NCBI GenBank assembly: GCA_900546245.1
Contig: URBY01000002.1
Coordinates: forward strand, 1 to 63,528
Direction of reading: 5' to 3'
From: an uncultured Mycoplasmatota bacterium
Lineage (GTDB): Bacteria > Bacillota_I > Bacilli_A > RF39 > UBA660
Length of the DNA stretch: 63,528 nt
Numbering within the stretch: position 1 is the first letter of the stretch; each line of letters begins with the position of its first letter. The translations under genes were made by a program, and so were the position numbers. The notes beneath the pieces were generated by a model. It saw nothing but the letters and a program-made list of their open reading frames with translations, ran no database searches and was not told the DNA's origin. Of this stretch, positions 60,248-63,528 are shown piece by piece.

Positions 60248-61955
60248 CAAGAAATCTTTAAAAGAAATGTTCAATTTCACTACTAATAAGAATAAAACTA
60301 TTAAAATTTCTAGTATCCTATTTTTTCAATCGCTTCCATACTTATTGTTTTATCAAGAAATATTATCTTTGGTAGTAGATAAACATATGCCAAATCAAAA
60401 TCTGAAAATGGTATGTATCTTATCAGGAATTTTATTAGTAATTATAGCAATTAGATTCGCATTTGATTATTACTCAGAAACTAGAAGAAAAAATTGTTAT
60501 TATGATAATGATAGACAAATCAAAAATAAAATATTTAGTGCTATACAATATGCCAATATTAGTGAATTAGATAAAACGCAAACAGGTAACTTATTTGAAT
60601 TAACTACAAATCAAAGTTTTAATGCTAGCCAACTATTTGTATGGAATTTTGCTGGAATATTTTCTGTAAGATTTCGAAGTATATTAATGATTTCAATAAT
60701 AATGCTATTTATAAATTATAAAATATCTTTAATTATAATAGGAATATTTATATTGTCTTACATTATATTGTTACCATTTTATAATACTAATATGAAAAAT
60801 TATCAAATGACATTAAAATCAATACTAAATCTTCAAGGAAAAATTAATGAATATATAGAAAGCTATTCAACTACAAAAACTTTAAGACTTGAAGAAATTA
60901 ATATGGATGAAATAAATTCCATTTTAGAAAAAAGTAAAGAAAAATATTTAAAAACTAATAAAATTTTAGCATTACATACTTCACTTTTTGCATTAATAAC
61001 TTTTTCGGCAGTAATAATAACATTAATCATTGGTGGTAATGAAATAATAATGGGTATAGGTGTTGCATCAACAGTTATGTTATTAGTTGATTACATAAGT
61101 GATATAAATGATCATATGCAAAGTTTATTAAATCATGCTCATGGCATACTTAGTAAGTATAATGCTTTTTTGCGAATACTTAAAATATCTTCAATTGCTA
61201 AAGAAGAAGATAATGGAATAAAAAATATCGATAAAATTAAAAGTATAGAATTTAAAAGCGTCAAAATGAGTTATGATAATGAAAATATAATACTTGAAGA
61301 TATTAATTTAAAAATAGATAAGCCTATGACAATTGCTATTGTAGGAAAGAGTGGAAGTGGAAAGACAACATTCGTAAATTTAATACCTAGATTTTATGAA
61401 TTAATGGATGGGAAAATATTGATAAACGATGTTGATTATAAAGAATATAAACTTAGTGAGCTTAGAAAAAATATATCATATGTTTTTCAAGAGCCAGTTA
61501 TATTAAATATGTCTATAAAAGATAATCTAATATATGGATTAGGAGATATTGAATTTGAAGAAGTTAAAAATATTTGTATTAAACTTGGATTAGACGAAAA
61601 AATAATGTCTTTACCTAATAGTTATGATACAATCATAAATGCAAAAACAGATTTATTATCATTTGGCGAAAAACAATTATTAAGTTATGCAAGAGCAATA
61701 CTTAAAAGTGGAGATATTGTAATACTGGATGAAGTAACATCTAATCTTGATTTAGAATTTGAACAAAATATTATCAATGCTAATAAAACATTACTTAAAG
61801 GGAAAATTGCATTTATAATTGCTCATAGATTAAATACAATTAAGGAAGCAGATTTAATTATATATATTGAAGATAAACATATTGAGGAAATGGGAACACA
61901 CGAAGAATTATTAAAATTAAATGAAAAGTATTCTAAATTATTTATGAGTAAATAA
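60240..61955 (+). CDS. ABC exporter half-transporter, canonical Walker B / degenerate signature partner (paralog of 53613-55316)
   Basis: Walker A GKSGSGKT, signature LSFGEKQ, Walker B VILDEVT, and H-loop AHRLN. The start is 60231-60240, overlapping the upstream stop. Confidence 0.88.
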   Translation: MLNKKSLKEMFNFTTNKNKTIKISSILFFQSLPYLLFYQEILSLVVDKHMPNQNLKMVCILSGILLVIIAIRFAFDYYSETRRKNCYYDNDRQIKNKIFSAIQYANISELDKTQTGNLFELTTNQSFNASQLFVWNFAGIFSVRFRSILMISIIMLFINYKISLIIIGIFILSYIILLPFYNTNMKNYQMTLKSILNLQGKINEYIESYSTTKTLRLEEINMDEINSILEKSKEKYLKTNKILALHTSLFALITFSAVIITLIIGGNEIIMGIGVASTVMLLVDYISDINDHMQSLLNHAHGILSKYNAFLRILKISSIAKEEDNGIKNIDKIKSIEFKSVKMSYDNENIILEDINLKIDKPMTIAIVGKSGSGKTTFVNLIPRFYELMDGKILINDVDYKEYKLSELRKNISYVFQEPVILNMSIKDNLIYGLGDIEFEEVKNICIKLGLDEKIMSLPNSYDTIINAKTDLLSFGEKQLLSYARAILKSGDIVILDEVTSNLDLEFEQNIINANKTLLKGKIAFIIAHRLNTIKEADLIIYIEDKHIEEMGTHEELLKLNEKYSKLFMSK

Positions 61956-62013
61956 TATATTATTTTGCAGAAATTCAAAAGAAACTTTGTGACTAATGGA
62001 TTTTTGCTTTTAA

Positions 62014-62148
62014 CTATCTTTAAGACAAGATAGTAACACACTACGATATTGGCAAAGCCAATAACGGTGTGTGCCAAGGGAAAATCCCTTTGGAATCCCT
62101 AAAGCAACATATTACAAACTATTTGTAAGTAAATATGTTGCCTTTTTT
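62014..62148 (+). other. Hairpin-dense, relatively GC-rich non-coding element ending in a terminator-like hairpin (candidate oriT/sso or small RNA)
   Basis: Four hairpins: 62014-62033 (CTATCTT/AAGATAG); 62037-62071 (about 14 bp, CACAC...GGC/GCC...GTGTG); 62074-62093 (CCAAGGGA/TCCCTTTGG); and 62104-62141 (GCAACATAT/ATATGTTGC) followed by a T-run. Confidence 0.45.
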
Positions 62149-62256
62149 ATTGCATAAAAAAGAAAGAATACTATTACCACTTTCATGAGTGAACTCACAA
62201 AACGTGCCTCGTATTCTTTAATGAAAAATAACCTAATCAAAATGAAAATGAAAAGG

Positions 62257-62772
62257 TTATTTTTCTTTTAAAATACTTTCGTATTTTTTCTCTATTTCAG
62301 ATAAATATCTTTCAATAGAGTCAGCTTTATCTAATAATGATTTATCTATATTATCTTGTTTATTTAAATAGTTATGTATTTCTTTAAAGTATTCACTAGT
62401 ATCCATTGCTATATGTCTTTTTAGATCAATTATATATTCCATATGTTTTATTTCTTCTTTATATTCATTTAGTTTTTTATCATACATTTCATAACTAACA
62501 ATGATTTCATCATCACCATATTTTATTGTTTCGTTAGAATATCCCGCAAGTTTAGCAGTTTTCTTAAATGGAATATCTAAATATTTTTCAAAACCTTTAA
62601 GAACTAGAATAGATGGTTTTACTCTAAATCCACTTTCAATATTATTTATTTCAGTATGACTAACTCCAACTAAAGAGGCTAGTTTTCTTGCCGAAATCTT
62701 TTTTTCTTTTCTAGCAATTTTTACTAATTCTGCAATGGTTTCTTCTTTTTTTAACATACAATCACGCTCCAT
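62257..62772 (-). CDS. XRE-family HTH transcriptional regulator with helical C-terminal domain
   Basis: KISARKLASLVGVSHTEINNIESG HTH. Transcribed divergently from the wHTH gene. Confidence 0.8.
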   Translation of the reverse strand: MERDCMLKKEETIAELVKIARKEKKISARKLASLVGVSHTEINNIESGFRVKPSILVLKGFEKYLDIPFKKTAKLAGYSNETIKYGDDEIIVSYEMYDKKLNEYKEEIKHMEYIIDLKRHIAMDTSEYFKEIHNYLNKQDNIDKSLLDKADSIERYLSEIEKKYESILKEK

Positions 62773-62818
62773 TGATAAGTTAATTATATACTAAATAAAG
62801 TAAAAAGTAAACAAAAAA

Positions 62819-62882
62819 ATGGAAACTTAGTTGACAAAATAGTAATCGCGTTGTAATATGTAGATATGGAAACTTAATTTCC
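62819..62882 (+). promoter_or_regulatory. Promoter (TTGACA-17-TAATAT) flanked by two ATGGAAACTTA repeats (candidate operators)
   Basis: Repeats at 62819-62829 and 62866-62876. TTGACA at 62831-62836 and TAATAT at 62854-62859. The second repeat lies in the palindrome GGAAACTTAATTTCC. Confidence 0.5.
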
Positions 62883-62902
62883 AAAATAGAAAGGAGGATA
62901 AA

Positions 62903-63160
62903 ATGAAAAGAAAATTAGATTTAACAAAACATAAAATTTGGAAAGATAAGAGTATTAAACCTGAAACTAAAGAAATATATGCCTATTTATATTCACAAGG
63001 TTTCAATAAAACAATAACACATGTAAATATTGGGGATATACAACAAATCTTATCAATTACAAATGTTGGATTTAGAAATAACTTAAAAATACTAGAAAAA
63101 TTTAAATATATAGTATTTAAAGAATATAATCCAGGAATGTATGAAATTCATGTTTACTAA
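62903..63160 (+). CDS. Small winged-helix (HTH_36/Rep-N-like) protein
   Basis: 85 aa. The pattern ..K..YAYLYS.......T....I..I..I......NN...LEK.KYI is similar to the next ORF and to plasmid/phage replication-associated wHTH proteins. Confidence 0.45.
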   Translation: MKRKLDLTKHKIWKDKSIKPETKEIYAYLYSQGFNKTITHVNIGDIQQILSITNVGFRNNLKILEKFKYIVFKEYNPGMYEIHVY

Positions 63161-63316
63161 AATGATTAATAATCGTTAGTAAAACAAGGTACAGTAAATG
63201 TTCGGAGATTTATATTAGTACCTTTCTATATTTATTTTAGAAAAACAAATAGGAATTATAGTCCTTATTTATTATTTAAAAAGGTGATATATATTTATTT
63301 AGATTGTGATTTTATT

Positions 63317-63528
63317 ATGATTCCAAGAATATTATTTAATGATAGTTCCTTATCTGAAACAGATAGAATGGTAATGGGACTTATCATATCACTTACCTTA
63401 AAGAATACCTATTGTTATGCAAGTAATGAATATTTAGAGAAGTATATTAATAAATCTCAAAGAACAATAAATTATTCATTGTCAAAACTTAAAAAATTAA
63501 AATATATTAAAGATTTGATTGGAACTTC
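63317..63528 (+). CDS. Winged-helix replication-initiator-like protein, 5' partial (runs off window)
   Basis: MIPRILFNDSSLSETDRMVMGLIISL...YCYASNEYLEKYINKSQRTINYSLSKLKKLKYI, typical of an HTH_36-type N-terminal domain. Confidence 0.45.
   Translation, partial: MIPRILFNDSSLSETDRMVMGLIISLTLKNTYCYASNEYLEKYINKSQRTINYSLSKLKKLKYIKDLIGT

Larger units (their letters stand above)
55556..63528. mobile_element. Putative integrated mobilisable element or plasmid remnant (right end outside window)
   Basis: Begins at a truncated host-type gene. Carries a MobV/Pre relaxase, accessory cargo (DUF3800 pair, ABC pair), an XRE repressor and Rep-like wHTH genes. No integrase lies within the window. Confidence 0.5.

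Noticed and set aside
1-63528. Many minus-strand or nested ORFs in the supplied track, for example 109-354, 423-644, 1417-1656, 3069-3443, 5883-6266, 17238-17471, 19238-19492, 22902-23189, 29545-30132, 30626-30871, 35738-35953, 50814-51056, 55671-55928 and 61823-62077.
   Set aside because: They lie antisense to, or inside, genes with strong homology-type signatures. They have low-complexity, hydrophobic or Cys/Phe/Ile-rich translations typical of AT-rich antisense frames, and they lack RBS. Treated as non-coding.
1-63528. Looked for CRISPR arrays, rRNA, tRNA, and transposase or integrase genes.
   Set aside because: No regularly spaced direct repeats, no tRNA-like GC-rich cloverleaf segments and no recombinase-like ORFs were recognised. 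Absence was judged by eye only. tRNAscan, Infernal and ISfinder would be definitive.

Overview
AT-rich (by eye about 25-30% GC), standard-code (TGA is used as a stop) Bacillota chromosome segment. No rRNA, tRNA, CRISPR array, integrase or transposase was recognised.

Core region, 1 to about 43.5 kb: densely packed, mostly plus-strand housekeeping genes in Bacillus-like synteny.
- rimP(short)-nusA-ylxR-dCMP deaminase-infB-rbfA
- Tyr T-box leader plus tyrS, then rpsD and ezrA
- U32 peptidase, an RNase J-like paralog, ftsK, cdaA-cdaR, rplM-rpsI
- an origin-proximal-type block: parA-parB-mscS-DUF951-abgT-ychF-rpsF-ssb-rpsR-rplI-dnaB-M23 peptidase-yycJ-like MBL-rlmH
- ung, lemA, gerQ-like, pduL, rubrerythrin, trmL, def
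- Interspersed are two orphan type IV pilin-like genes, one behind a promoter whose spacer carries a G9 tract. There is also a frameshifted collagen-like (BclA-type) gene.

Accessory region, about 43.5 kb onward:
- decayed MFS-like and GNAT genes, a C26-type amidotransferase and a LysR regulator
- two small paralogs plus a CxxC protein, two ASCH/PUA-like genes opposite a GNAT, and a flavoprotein
- an XRE-TM regulator, a lipoprotein and a heterodimeric ABC exporter

Likely mobilisable element, about 55.5 kb to the window end: a 16-codon amidase gene stub marks the start of what looks like an integrated mobilisable element. It carries a translationally coupled DUF3800-like gene pair, a MobV/Pre relaxase and a second, paralogous ABC exporter pair. 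It also has an unusually GC-rich, hairpin-dense non-coding stretch, an XRE repressor and winged-helix Rep-like genes that run off the window.

Best novelty candidates:
- the DUF3800-like two-gene module
- the G9 phase-variation-type promoter of the large pilin-like gene
- the structured non-coding region at 61.96-62.25 kb
- the catalytically degenerate RNase J paralog

All family assignments come from reading the translations and recalling motifs. No database search was run.
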